From contig OY970216.1 in assembly GCA_963713955.1 (NCBI GenBank), forward strand, positions 72,075 through 136,074: DNA of 64,000 bases, in the 5' to 3' direction. The notes below the pieces were generated by a model. The model saw only the letters and a program-made list of their open reading frames with translations. It was not told where the DNA came from and did no database searches. The translations under genes were made by a program, and so were the position numbers. The stretch comes from an uncultured bacterium (GTDB lineage: Bacteria > Patescibacteriota > Minisyncoccia > UBA6257 > GWB1-50-10). Positions 24,485-33,291 of this stretch are shown one piece after another. Numbering within the stretch: position 1 is the first letter of the stretch; the number at the start of each line of letters is the position of its first letter.

Positions 24485-25054
24485 TTATTTCCCCAAATTG
24501 AGGATGGAAGCAGTCCCTCGGGTGATGGGGCCCATTCGCTGCGGCTGAGAGAATCCTCCATTGTAGCTGGTGGCATTTATTGCTTCAGTCAGCCCCGGCA
24601 GATCACGCACATCCCAATGATCGCTCTCGCCCCACCCCGGAGCATTGGAGAATGTAAATTGTCGACTTTCCCCATACCACCTACCATTGAAGTAGGTGCT
24701 AAGGGTTACAGTCACGTTACTCCCGTAAGCAAGGGGATTGCTTACGCAAAGATAGTATCCAGGAAAACCGTTCGGTATCATACCAATCAGTTCGGGACCG
24801 AAAAATCCATCTTGGGTCACGAAGACTGGAAGATTAAACGGCAAATAGTCGACCACCCTTATCCCACTCCCTGTCGCGGGGATGTTGGCCCGGATCGTGA
24901 TTCCGGGACCACTCGGAGTCAGCCAGCATTCGCTTTGCGCTCCGCACCCCCCGAGAACAAGAGCTACAACGATAAGGAAGGTGGCGATGATAACTGCCAC
25001 AATCGTTTTCTTCGCAACCCACACCCCGGGATTGCTAATCTTCTTCGTTTCCAT
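24485..25054 (-). CDS. Membrane-anchored hypothetical protein
   Basis: I place the start at METKKISN (25054), which has a perfect AGGAGG 10 nt upstream; the track extends it to 25147. It has a signal anchor VAVIIATFLIVVALVLGGCG, which may be a lipobox-like GGCG. Confidence 0.55.
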   Translation of the reverse strand: METKKISNPGVWVAKKTIVAVIIATFLIVVALVLGGCGAQSECWLTPSGPGITIRANIPATGSGIRVVDYLPFNLPVFVTQDGFFGPELIGMIPNGFPGYYLCVSNPLAYGSNVTVTLSTYFNGRWYGESRQFTFSNAPGWGESDHWDVRDLPGLTEAINATSYNGGFSQPQRMGPITRGTASILNLGK

Positions 25055-25192
25055 CTTACTTAACCTCCTTGCCGATCTGTAAAAGGTCGGCTTTTCGTTA
25101 TCTGAAATTTTTATCTTTTTCAAATTCTCACTGATAAAATTATACATCTTTCCCGCAAAAACGTCAACTGTTACTTCTCCAAATGCCCTTGA

Positions 25193-25220
25193 TTACTTGT
25201 TACTGGTTACTAGTTACTTG
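25193..25220 (+). repeat. Four tandem heptamers TTACTTG-TTACTGG-TTACTAG-TTACTTG abutting the pilB -10 TATAAT (25221-25226)
   Basis: Read directly. A further GTTACTT lies at about 25170. Confidence 0.8.
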
Positions 25221-25233
25221 TATAATTTATGTA

Positions 25234-26904
25234 ATGCTCCAATCGGAAAAAGAAATAGATGAGGAACTCCAAAAGCAGAGGCGAAATGCCGAGGAGGCGG
25301 ATGCGAAGAGGCGCGCCGAGAAAAACGGCCTCCCCTACCTCAATTTAATTTCAGCCAAGGTGCCGACCGAGATAAAGGCGATGTCGCTCGTTTCAGAAGC
25401 GGAGGCGCAGAAGGCGCTCCTCGCCCCGTTCCAGATATTGGGAAGGAAAGTGAGGGTTGCCGTTTTTGACCCGAACCTCGAAGAAACCGCCGAGATCGTG
25501 AAAAAACTCGGGGAAAGCCACGAAGTACTCCTCAACGTCTCCTCAATGACGAGCCTCAACCACGCCTGGGGATATTACAAATATGTGGTTCCCGAAAAGG
25601 AGATCAGCGGGCGCGTCGAGATAAACGAAAAGACCTTGAATGAACTCAAGGATAAAGTGAAAAGTCTGGATGATTTGAAAAATCTCCTCGCCGGCTTTTC
25701 GAGCCCCTATCTCTCGCAGATGCTCGAGATTATCCTCTCGGGAGCTCTGGCCCTCGGCGCTTCCGACATACACCTCGAACCAGCGGAAGAAAACGGCATC
25801 CTGCGGCTCCGCATCGACGGTCTTCTCCATACCGCCTACGAAAAGTTCAATCCTTTCATGTACAAGTCGATCGTGACGAGAATCAAGCTCCTATCCAATC
25901 TCAAAATCAACATCGTGAACGAAGCCCAGGACGGCCGGTTCACCATCAGCCTTACCGACCGGGACATAGAAATACGAACATCAATCATACCGTCGGACTA
26001 CGGTGAAACCGTCGTCCTCCGACTTCTCGATCCGACATCTCTCAAGGTCAATCTCGAAGAGCTGGGGTGGCGGAAGGACGACCTCGCGATCATGGAAGAG
26101 GAAATAAAAAGACCCAACGGCCTCATCCTGAATACCGGGCCGACCGGATCCGGCAAAACGACGACGCTCTACGCATCCCTAAGGAAAGTTTTCAATCCGG
26201 AGATGAAAATCATAACGGTTGAAGACCCCATCGAATACCATCTACCGGGCATTTCCCAAACACAAATAAACCCCGAAGCCGGCTACACGTTCGCCTCGGG
26301 CCTCCGATCGATATTGCGGCAAGACCCCAATATCATCCTTGTTGGGGAAATAAGGGACAAGGAGACGGCCGAGATAGCCCTGAATGCATCCCTGACGGGG
26401 CACCTTGTTTTCTCAACTCTTCACACAAACGACGCCGTGGGCGCAATCCCCCGCCTCATCGATCTCGGGGTGCCGGTGAACGTACTCGGACCCGCACTCA
26501 GCCTCATCATAGCTCAGAGGCTCACGAGGCTTCTCTGCCCGGTCTGCAAAAAGCCGGTCACCGTGGAGGAATCACTCAAACAGAACATCACGAGATTCTT
26601 AAACGGCCTCCCGGCAAGGGTCAACAAGAAGGATTACTCAAACTACAAAATATACGAAGCGAAAGGCTGTGATGCCTGCGGCCACCTGGGATACAAGGGC
26701 AGGACTTCAATCTTCGAACTCTTCGTCACCGACGAGAAGGTGGAGGAGACCATTTACAAAAATCCGACGGAGATAGAACTTAAGGATCTTGCCGAGAAAC
26801 AAGGAATGGTCACGATGCAAGAAGATGGGGTATTAAAAGTCTTGAGGGGTGAAACCAGCTTCGCTGAAGTGGAACGGCTTACGGGGCCGATCATCTGGAA
26901 ATAA
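25234..26904 (+). CDS. pilB: Type IV pilus assembly ATPase PilB / GspE family
   Basis: It has Walker A LNTGPTGSGKTTTLYASL, Asp and His boxes, and a tetracysteine motif CPVCKK...CDACGH. The N1 domain is present. I place the start at ATG 25234 (MLQSEK), downstream of the promoter; the track ORF begins at 25183. Confidence 0.88.
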   Translation: MLQSEKEIDEELQKQRRNAEEADAKRRAEKNGLPYLNLISAKVPTEIKAMSLVSEAEAQKALLAPFQILGRKVRVAVFDPNLEETAEIVKKLGESHEVLLNVSSMTSLNHAWGYYKYVVPEKEISGRVEINEKTLNELKDKVKSLDDLKNLLAGFSSPYLSQMLEIILSGALALGASDIHLEPAEENGILRLRIDGLLHTAYEKFNPFMYKSIVTRIKLLSNLKINIVNEAQDGRFTISLTDRDIEIRTSIIPSDYGETVVLRLLDPTSLKVNLEELGWRKDDLAIMEEEIKRPNGLILNTGPTGSGKTTTLYASLRKVFNPEMKIITVEDPIEYHLPGISQTQINPEAGYTFASGLRSILRQDPNIILVGEIRDKETAEIALNASLTGHLVFSTLHTNDAVGAIPRLIDLGVPVNVLGPALSLIIAQRLTRLLCPVCKKPVTVEESLKQNITRFLNGLPARVNKKDYSNYKIYEAKGCDACGHLGYKGRTSIFELFVTDEKVEETIYKNPTEIELKDLAEKQGMVTMQEDGVLKVLRGETSFAEVERLTGPIIWK

Positions 26905-26937
26905 TAAATCCGCGCTTTGGGGCGCGGAGTCATGTCT

Positions 26938-27058
26938 TTGACCGGAGGTCTGTGGGCATAACGCCGCAAGGAGAGGCTTTATGTAAGATTTTCCCGAGGA
27001 GAAGCCCAGCCGAAACCAAGCAATCCGAAATCTGAGGTAAATCTCCTGCCCACAGGCC
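26938..27058 (+). ncRNA. Candidate structured small RNA (possibly SRP RNA-like); identity uncertain
   Basis: A 12-bp terminal inverted repeat GGTCTGTGGGCA...TGCCCACAGGCC encloses ~95 nt. The segment GAGGAGAAGCCCAGCCGAAACCAAGC loosely resembles the SRP domain IV motif GGAAGCAGCCAAGGC. Confidence 0.3.
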
Positions 27059-27170
27059 CCCAACCAAACACGGGAGTAATGCTAGCACAAACGCATTTAA
27101 ATGTCAACCCCGCCGGGGACCACATCCGCAAGCTTGCGAAAACCCACAAAAATCCTATATTAGGAAGGTA

Positions 27171-28178
27171 ATGGCACAAAGCAAGGAAGAGAAAACAAAA
27201 AACACGGAGCCGGAAAACCTGGAGCAGCTCTTGAGGCCGAAAAGTTTCGGTGAGTACGTTGGCCAGGAAAAAGTAAAAACAAACCTCAAACTCATCATAG
27301 AGGCGGCCAAGGGGCGAAACGAGAGCCCCGATCATTTGCTCTTCTATGGGCAGGCGGGTCTCGGGAAAACGACTTTGGCTTACATTATTGGGAAAGAAAC
27401 CGGAGTTGGCATTCGTTCCACCTCCGGGCCGGCTCTCGAAAAGCCCGGCGACATAGCGGCAATACTCTCCAATCTGGAGCCGAACGAAATTCTCTTCATC
27501 GACGAGATACACCGCATCAATAAGCTGGTAGAAGAAATCTTTTACCCCGCGCTCGAATCGAGAAAACTCCATCTCGTGATCGGCAAGGGGCCCTCAGCAA
27601 AAACGTTCACCTTGGATCTGCCGCCCTTCACGGTCATCGGCGCCACGACGAAAATAAACCTCCTTTCCGCTCCGCTCCGATCAAGATTCGGCGCCACGTT
27701 CAAGCTCGACTACTACCAAAACGAGGACGTGGAAAAGATCATCAAGCGCTCGGCTCGGATCCTGAAGGTCGCCGCGACCGACGGGGCAATCAAGAAACTT
27801 GCCGGAGCATCACGGTTCACCCCGCGGGTTGCAAACCGCCTTTTGAAACGCACCCGGGACTACGCCCAAGTCAATAAAAAAGAAACGATAGACGAGGAGG
27901 TGGTTAAAAAAACACTCGAGATGCTGGAAGTAGACTCCTTGGGACTCGAGGAAACCGATCGGGAACTCTTAAGAATTATCATCAATAAATTTAACGGCGG
28001 ACCGGTCGGCCTCAAAACACTCGCGGCGGCCTTGAACGAAGAAATGGAAACAATTGAGGAGGTTTACGAGCCGTTCCTCATGAAAATAGGATTTCTTCAG
28101 AGGACGCCGTCGGGCCGGGTTGCGACAAGGCTGGCATACGAGCATCTGGGACTTGATAAAGAAAAGAAACTCCTTTGA
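27171..28178 (+). CDS. ruvB: Holliday junction DNA helicase RuvB
   Basis: 335 aa with Walker A GQAGLGKTTLA, Walker B LFIDEIHR, sensor and arginine finger motifs, and a C-terminal winged helix. Confidence 0.92.
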   Translation: MAQSKEEKTKNTEPENLEQLLRPKSFGEYVGQEKVKTNLKLIIEAAKGRNESPDHLLFYGQAGLGKTTLAYIIGKETGVGIRSTSGPALEKPGDIAAILSNLEPNEILFIDEIHRINKLVEEIFYPALESRKLHLVIGKGPSAKTFTLDLPPFTVIGATTKINLLSAPLRSRFGATFKLDYYQNEDVEKIIKRSARILKVAATDGAIKKLAGASRFTPRVANRLLKRTRDYAQVNKKETIDEEVVKKTLEMLEVDSLGLEETDRELLRIIINKFNGGPVGLKTLAAALNEEMETIEEVYEPFLMKIGFLQRTPSGRVATRLAYEHLGLDKEKKLL

Positions 28179-28627
28179 CGTTCGAAACTAAATCGGCGAA
28201 CGAAACGTTGAAATTGGCGAAACTCTTCGGCCAGACCGTGCGGAAAAGCGGCAAGGGACCATTCGTCGTCGCCCTCGAAGGCGATCTCGGCGCCGGGAAA
28301 ACAACCTTCATAAAAGGCCTGGCCCGCGGCTTGGGCCTCACAAGGAGAATCACGAGCCCCACATTCCTCATGGTGAGGAGATACGAACTTCCGGCAGATT
28401 CCGGCGAATTCAAAAACCTCTACCACATCGACGCCTACCGAATGCATTCCGCGCGGGATCTCAAAGTGACGGGAGGCGCGGAGGCGCTCCGCGGCAAGAA
28501 GAACATCGTCGCCGTGGAGTGGGCCGACCGCATCAAAAGATACCTTCCCCCGGATGCCGTATCCGTAAAAATAACACACCGGGAGGAAAACGAGCGGGCG
28601 CTTTCCTTCGCGCGAAAGAAAAAATAA
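28175..28627 (+). CDS. tsaE: tRNA t6A biosynthesis ATPase TsaE (YjeE)
   Basis: 150 aa with P-loop GDLGAGKTTFIKG and the conserved ...HIDAYR motif. The TTG start overlaps the ruvB stop. Confidence 0.8.
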   Translation: MTFETKSANETLKLAKLFGQTVRKSGKGPFVVALEGDLGAGKTTFIKGLARGLGLTRRITSPTFLMVRRYELPADSGEFKNLYHIDAYRMHSARDLKVTGGAEALRGKKNIVAVEWADRIKRYLPPDAVSVKITHREENERALSFARKKK

Positions 28628-31071
28628 TGAAGAAGCTTCTTCTCATTGACGCCAATTCGTTGATCCATCGGGCTTTCCATGCTCTTCCGCCCTTGACCTC
28701 AAAAGAGGGTAGGCCGTCCGGCGCCCTGTACGGCCTCGCGAGCATTCTCCTCAAAGTCATGCGGGAAGAAAAACCGGATTACGTCGCGGCGGCTTTCGAC
28801 CGTCCCGAGCCGACGTTCCGGAAGGAGATGTTCGGCGACTACAAAGCGACGAGACCTAAAGCGCCCGACGAGCTCGTGTCCCAGATCGTGGAAGCAAGAA
28901 ATCTTTTCGAGGCATTCCAAATAAAAAGTTTTGAAAGCCCCGGCTTCGAGGCGGACGATATCATCGGAACCGCCGCCGCGAAATTCGGCGGAGAGAAGGA
29001 TCTCACGGTAAAAATCCTGACCGGAGACCTCGACGCGCTCCAGCTCGTAAGAGGGGGGAAGGTGGTCGTCGAGATTTTGAAAAAGGGCGTGAGTGAAACG
29101 GCGACCTACGACGAGGCGGCCGTCACCGAACGGTACGGGCTCACACCCCAAAAACTCCCCGACTACAAAGGACTTGTGGGGGACAAATCAGACAACATCC
29201 CCGGCGTCAAAAACATCGGGCCGAAAACAGCGGAAGAGCTCATTAAGAGATACGGCGACCTCGAGGGCATATTCGCCGCGTCGGACCCTGGCGACAAGGC
29301 GAAGGCGAAAATCGTTCCCTCCCGGGAGATCGCCTTCCTTTCCCGGAAGCTCGCCACGATCAAAACGGACGTCCCCGTCGAACTTTCTCTCAACCATCTC
29401 AAATTCGACGGGCTGGACGAGCGCTCACTCGTCCCCTACTTCGAAGAGCGGGGGTTCGAGAGTCTGATCAAACGGCTGCGCCCCGGAGAGAAAACTGATG
29501 CGCGCGAAAACGAGAGCGAAGCGGAGGAAACGAAAACGCTGAACGCCTTCTTCGTGGAGCCGGGAAGCGACCTCGGTCCGGCCAAGTTCCTCAGCAAGAA
29601 CGCGGCGGTCGCCTGGGAGTGGAAACCGATTATGAAAAACCTGATAAAGGATTCCAAGCCGATCCCGCCGAACGTTTTCGACATCACGGTTGCCGCATGG
29701 CTTCTCAATCCCGACTCGGGGAGCGTGCCGCGAGAGGAGATAAGCAAAAAATACGGCTCCTTTTCTTGGAAAAACTTGTTCGCAATCCTGGAGAGGAAAA
29801 TCGAAAAAAACGGCCTGGCGGACGTCTTTTACCGAATAGAGATGCCGCTCATCGAAGTTCTGGCTCGGATGGAACTCTGGGGAATCAGCATAGACAAAAA
29901 AGCAGCGGCTGAAACGCGCCGAGAACTCGAGGGGGCCCTCGGGAAAGCGGCCGCCGAAATATACGCCGGTGCCGGCGCCACTTTCAACATCAACTCCCCG
30001 AAGCAGGTTTCCGAAATCTTGTTCGAAAAACTGAACCTGAAGTCTTCTAAGGGAAGGAAAACGAAAAGCGGACGGTTTTCCACCTCGTCCGACGCCCTGT
30101 CAAAATTGAAAGGGATGAAAATTGTGGATGCGATACTCGAATACCGGGGAATGTCCAAAATGATGTCGACCTACCTCGATCCGATCGTGAACCTCACCAA
30201 TGAAGACGGAAGGTTGAGGACGACGTTCCTCCAGACGGGAACATCCACGGGGCGCCTCGCGTCGGAAAAACCGAATCTCCAGAACATACCTCAAGAGTCC
30301 ATTTGGTCAAAAAAAATAAGGGATGTCTTCGTGGCCGAGGACGGTTTCTCGCTCGTTTCCTTCGACTACTCTCAACTGGAACTCCGCCTCCTGGCTCACG
30401 TTTCGGGGGACAAAAACCTCAAGGAAGCATTCGCCAAGAACCTGGACATCCACAAGATCACGGCTTCCCAGATTTTCGGCGTGCCGCCGAACCTCGTGAC
30501 CAAAGAAGAACGGAGAATCGGGAAAACGCTCAACTTCGGCATCGTCTACGGAATGGGAGCGAGGGCCCTGAGTGAAACCGGCGGGATTGGGCTCAAGGAG
30601 GCTGAAACGTTCATCAAGAAATACTTCGAGCGATTCCCTGCGATAAAAACCTGGCAGGAGAAGGTGAAAAAAGAAGTTGCCGTAAAGGGTTTCGCGGAGA
30701 ACATGAACGGAAGAAAGAGATGGTTCACGGAGAGTTTCAACCCCATGACCAGATCGGAAAACGAGCGGGCGGCCGTCAACATGCCCATCCAAAGCTTGGA
30801 GGCGGACATTCTGAAAACAGCGATGACGCGTGCGATGTCATTCATGAAGGAGAATGGCCTCGCCGATTCCCGCATGAGACTCCTTCTCACCATTCACGAC
30901 GAATTGCTCTTTGAAATGCAGGATGATATTCTAAGGGAAATAATACCCAGGATATCGAACATCATGGAAAAAACCGACGGCGTGAGCGTCCCCTTGACAG
31001 TCGAGGTAGGGCGGGGCAAAAAGTGGGGCTCACTCAAAAAACATGAACCTGAACCCGGCAAAATTCTTTAA
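28627..31071 (+). CDS. polA: DNA polymerase I
   Basis: The ATG at 28627 overlaps the tsaE stop. The 5'-3' exonuclease domain (LLIDANSLIHRAFHAL...GFEADDIIGT) is followed by family-A polymerase motifs A (DYSQLELR), B (RRIGKTLNFGIVYG) and C (HDEL). Confidence 0.9.
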   Translation: MKKLLLIDANSLIHRAFHALPPLTSKEGRPSGALYGLASILLKVMREEKPDYVAAAFDRPEPTFRKEMFGDYKATRPKAPDELVSQIVEARNLFEAFQIKSFESPGFEADDIIGTAAAKFGGEKDLTVKILTGDLDALQLVRGGKVVVEILKKGVSETATYDEAAVTERYGLTPQKLPDYKGLVGDKSDNIPGVKNIGPKTAEELIKRYGDLEGIFAASDPGDKAKAKIVPSREIAFLSRKLATIKTDVPVELSLNHLKFDGLDERSLVPYFEERGFESLIKRLRPGEKTDARENESEAEETKTLNAFFVEPGSDLGPAKFLSKNAAVAWEWKPIMKNLIKDSKPIPPNVFDITVAAWLLNPDSGSVPREEISKKYGSFSWKNLFAILERKIEKNGLADVFYRIEMPLIEVLARMELWGISIDKKAAAETRRELEGALGKAAAEIYAGAGATFNINSPKQVSEILFEKLNLKSSKGRKTKSGRFSTSSDALSKLKGMKIVDAILEYRGMSKMMSTYLDPIVNLTNEDGRLRTTFLQTGTSTGRLASEKPNLQNIPQESIWSKKIRDVFVAEDGFSLVSFDYSQLELRLLAHVSGDKNLKEAFAKNLDIHKITASQIFGVPPNLVTKEERRIGKTLNFGIVYGMGARALSETGGIGLKEAETFIKKYFERFPAIKTWQEKVKKEVAVKGFAENMNGRKRWFTESFNPMTRSENERAAVNMPIQSLEADILKTAMTRAMSFMKENGLADSRMRLLLTIHDELLFEMQDDILREIIPRISNIMEKTDGVSVPLTVEVGRGKKWGSLKKHEPEPGKIL

Positions 31072-32365
31072 GAACTTCCTCTTTTACTCCCGGCGCGGCG
31101 GGTCCGGCTTCATCGTCCTCCTCGCTCTTTTCATCGCACTCGCGGTTGTAAACGCCGTCTTCGCTCCCGGTATCTTGGCTCTCGCGGATCTTATCCTTTT
31201 TCTCGTAACTCTTGTTTACCTCACCGCCTCGTACCAAAAAATACTCAAGGCGAGTTTTGAAAACAAGACCAAAAATCTGGAACTCGAATCCGTGATCCAA
31301 AACATAAAGGACGGCATCTTGGTTTACGATTCAAATTCCACAATACTCGACGCAAATAAGGCGGCTCTGGAAATATTCGGTCTCACAAAAAATGAAATGT
31401 TGGGACTTAAGGTGGAACCCGGCATGTCGGCTGATCCCAAGTTCAAAGTACTGACTCAGACGGTTTTCCCTTCGCTCGCCTCGTCTATCAACACAGTCTC
31501 GGACTCTGGCTGGCCCAAGGTAGTGGATCTGACGTTCGAGGACCCTCACCTTGAACTCAGAACCGCACTGAATCAGATTCTGAACGACCGAGGAGAAGCG
31601 GTGGGTTTCCTCAAAATAATAACCGACAACACGAGAGAAAGCACAATCCTCGAGTCGAAGAGCGAATTCTTAACGGTCTCCGCCCACCAGCTCCGGACAC
31701 CGCTTACGGCCATAAACTGGACGTTCGAAAGCCTGAAGTCGCTCCTTGGAGAAAACCCCGCCGAAAAGAAAGAGGAGGTGGCAAATTTGATCAACGAGGG
31801 GTGGGGTCTTTCCCGGAGATCGCTTAAAATCATCGATGACCTCCTCGACGCGACAAAAATAGAAGAAGGTAAATTTGGGTTCACCTTCACGAAGGTGAAC
31901 CTCGTCGATCTCATGAAAACTCTCAAAAAATCCGCCGAGACGATAGCCAAGGAATACGGCATAAAGGTTTCCCTCACCTCCAGGTCCGACCGGTACGAGG
32001 TACGGGCGGACGAAGAGAGGCTTGGTATGGCCATAACCAACATTCTCGACAACGCCATAAAGTACAACGTGAAGGGAGGCGCCGTGGACATTCTCGTAGA
32101 AGAGGGGAGCCCAGGGGGTGGGACGGTGAAGATTAGTATATCCGACACGGGAATAGGAATACCCAAGGAAAGCCTCGGAAAGATTTTCCAAAAATTTTAC
32201 CGAAGCGAGAACGCCCAGAGCGTGGAACCCAACGGGAGCGGACTCGGTATGTATATCACAAAGAACATCATTGAGGCGCACGGAGGGAAAATTCACGTCG
32301 AGTCCCAAATCGGGAGGGGTACGACGTTTTGGTTCACGTTGCCACTCGACAAAGGCCAACTATAA
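31043..32365 (+). CDS. Sensor histidine kinase (TM, PAS, HisKA, HATPase_c); no adjacent response regulator
   Basis: There are two N-terminal TM helices, a PAS-like region, the H-box SAHQLRTPLTAI, an N-box NILDNAIKYN, and a G2 box GSGLGMYI. It overlaps the polA 3' end by 29 nt. Confidence 0.85.
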   Translation: MNLNPAKFFKNFLFYSRRGGSGFIVLLALFIALAVVNAVFAPGILALADLILFLVTLVYLTASYQKILKASFENKTKNLELESVIQNIKDGILVYDSNSTILDANKAALEIFGLTKNEMLGLKVEPGMSADPKFKVLTQTVFPSLASSINTVSDSGWPKVVDLTFEDPHLELRTALNQILNDRGEAVGFLKIITDNTRESTILESKSEFLTVSAHQLRTPLTAINWTFESLKSLLGENPAEKKEEVANLINEGWGLSRRSLKIIDDLLDATKIEEGKFGFTFTKVNLVDLMKTLKKSAETIAKEYGIKVSLTSRSDRYEVRADEERLGMAITNILDNAIKYNVKGGAVDILVEEGSPGGGTVKISISDTGIGIPKESLGKIFQKFYRSENAQSVEPNGSGLGMYITKNIIEAHGGKIHVESQIGRGTTFWFTLPLDKGQL

Positions 32366-32419
32366 CAGCACGGGCGGCGTGCAGGGGGTTTTCGTGAACG
32401 CGGAGCTCCAAAACCAGAC

Positions 32420-32893
32420 ATGATCATCATGGGCATAGATCCGGGGAACGTGAGAGCCGGGTACGGATTCATAAAAAAATCACCCGGAGGCCTTTACCAC
32501 ATCGGGAGCGGCATTTTAAACATACGAAGATCGGGGAACGCGGGCGCGGAACTCTACTCACTCGAGAAGGATCTCTTAAGATTGGTCGATAAATACAAAC
32601 CCGGCGTAGCGGGGCTGGAAAAGCTTTTCGTATCGAAAAATCTCAAAACGGTCATGGGCGTCGCCGAGGCCAGGGGAATAATTCACAAGGTCATTTTCCA
32701 GAAAAAGATCAGGCTTGCGGAACTCGCGCCCCAGACCGTCAAACTGGCCGTAACAGGAAGTGGGCGCGCCGACAAAAAGGCGGTCGCAAAAATGGTGGGT
32801 CTCCTTCTTAAAATAAACACAAGTGCACTTTTGGACGACGTGACTGATGCACTCGCCATCGCGATAGCAGCGAGCGCGGGGTTTGACATTTAA
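32420..32893 (+). CDS. ruvC: Crossover junction endodeoxyribonuclease RuvC
   Basis: 157 aa beginning MIIMGIDPGNVRAGYGF, an RNase H-like fold with catalytic D7 and E/D residues. Confidence 0.85.
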   Translation: MIIMGIDPGNVRAGYGFIKKSPGGLYHIGSGILNIRRSGNAGAELYSLEKDLLRLVDKYKPGVAGLEKLFVSKNLKTVMGVAEARGIIHKVIFQKKIRLAELAPQTVKLAVTGSGRADKKAVAKMVGLLLKINTSALLDDVTDALAIAIAASAGFDI

Positions 32894-32951
32894 AAAACGT
32901 TAACTATAATTTCAATTCAATAATGAAAAGGTCGCTCTTCACTAAAAAGTC

Positions 32952-33155
32952 ATGACAACAGCCGACTTAAAAACTCTCAACTTCGCTTTTGCTCAGAAAC
33001 ACGGCGACGACGATGAAAACGAAGGATTGGGTGGCAATGCCGGGAACGACGTCGACGAAGACGGCGAGAAAGAATTGGAATTGGGAGAAAATATGGACGG
33101 AGACGAATTGGAGCTCGACGACGATGATTTTATAGAAGAATCGGAAGATCTCTAA
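32952..33155 (+). CDS. Highly acidic 67-aa protein (about 45% D/E)
   Basis: MTTADLKTLNFAFAQKHGDDDENEGLGGNAGNDVDEDGEKELELGENMDGDELELDDDDFIEESEDL. It has its own TATAAT at about 32905 and its own terminator. Confidence 0.5.
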   Translation: MTTADLKTLNFAFAQKHGDDDENEGLGGNAGNDVDEDGEKELELGENMDGDELELDDDDFIEESEDL

Positions 33156-33166
33156 AGGAACTTTTT

Positions 33167-33212
33167 GCCCCGCACTTTCCCCGAATCACTTGAGGGTGCG
33201 GGGTTTTTGTTT
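33167..33212 (+). terminator. Rho-independent terminator after the acidic-protein gene
   Basis: CCCCGCAC...GTGCGGGG stem followed by TTTTTGTTT. Confidence 0.7.
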
Positions 33213-33291
33213 CACTTCGAGGCTTATCCTCGTAAGCGCGGCTGGAAAACCAAGTTCAATTGTAATAGTATAGTCTCTATAAACCAACTAG

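Noticed and set aside
26979-27572. The 197-aa minus-strand ORF overlapping the ruvB 5' end and the intergenic region.
   Set aside because: It is antisense to ruvB (a clear AAA+ gene) and low-complexity. The intergenic part is better explained by the candidate structured RNA.
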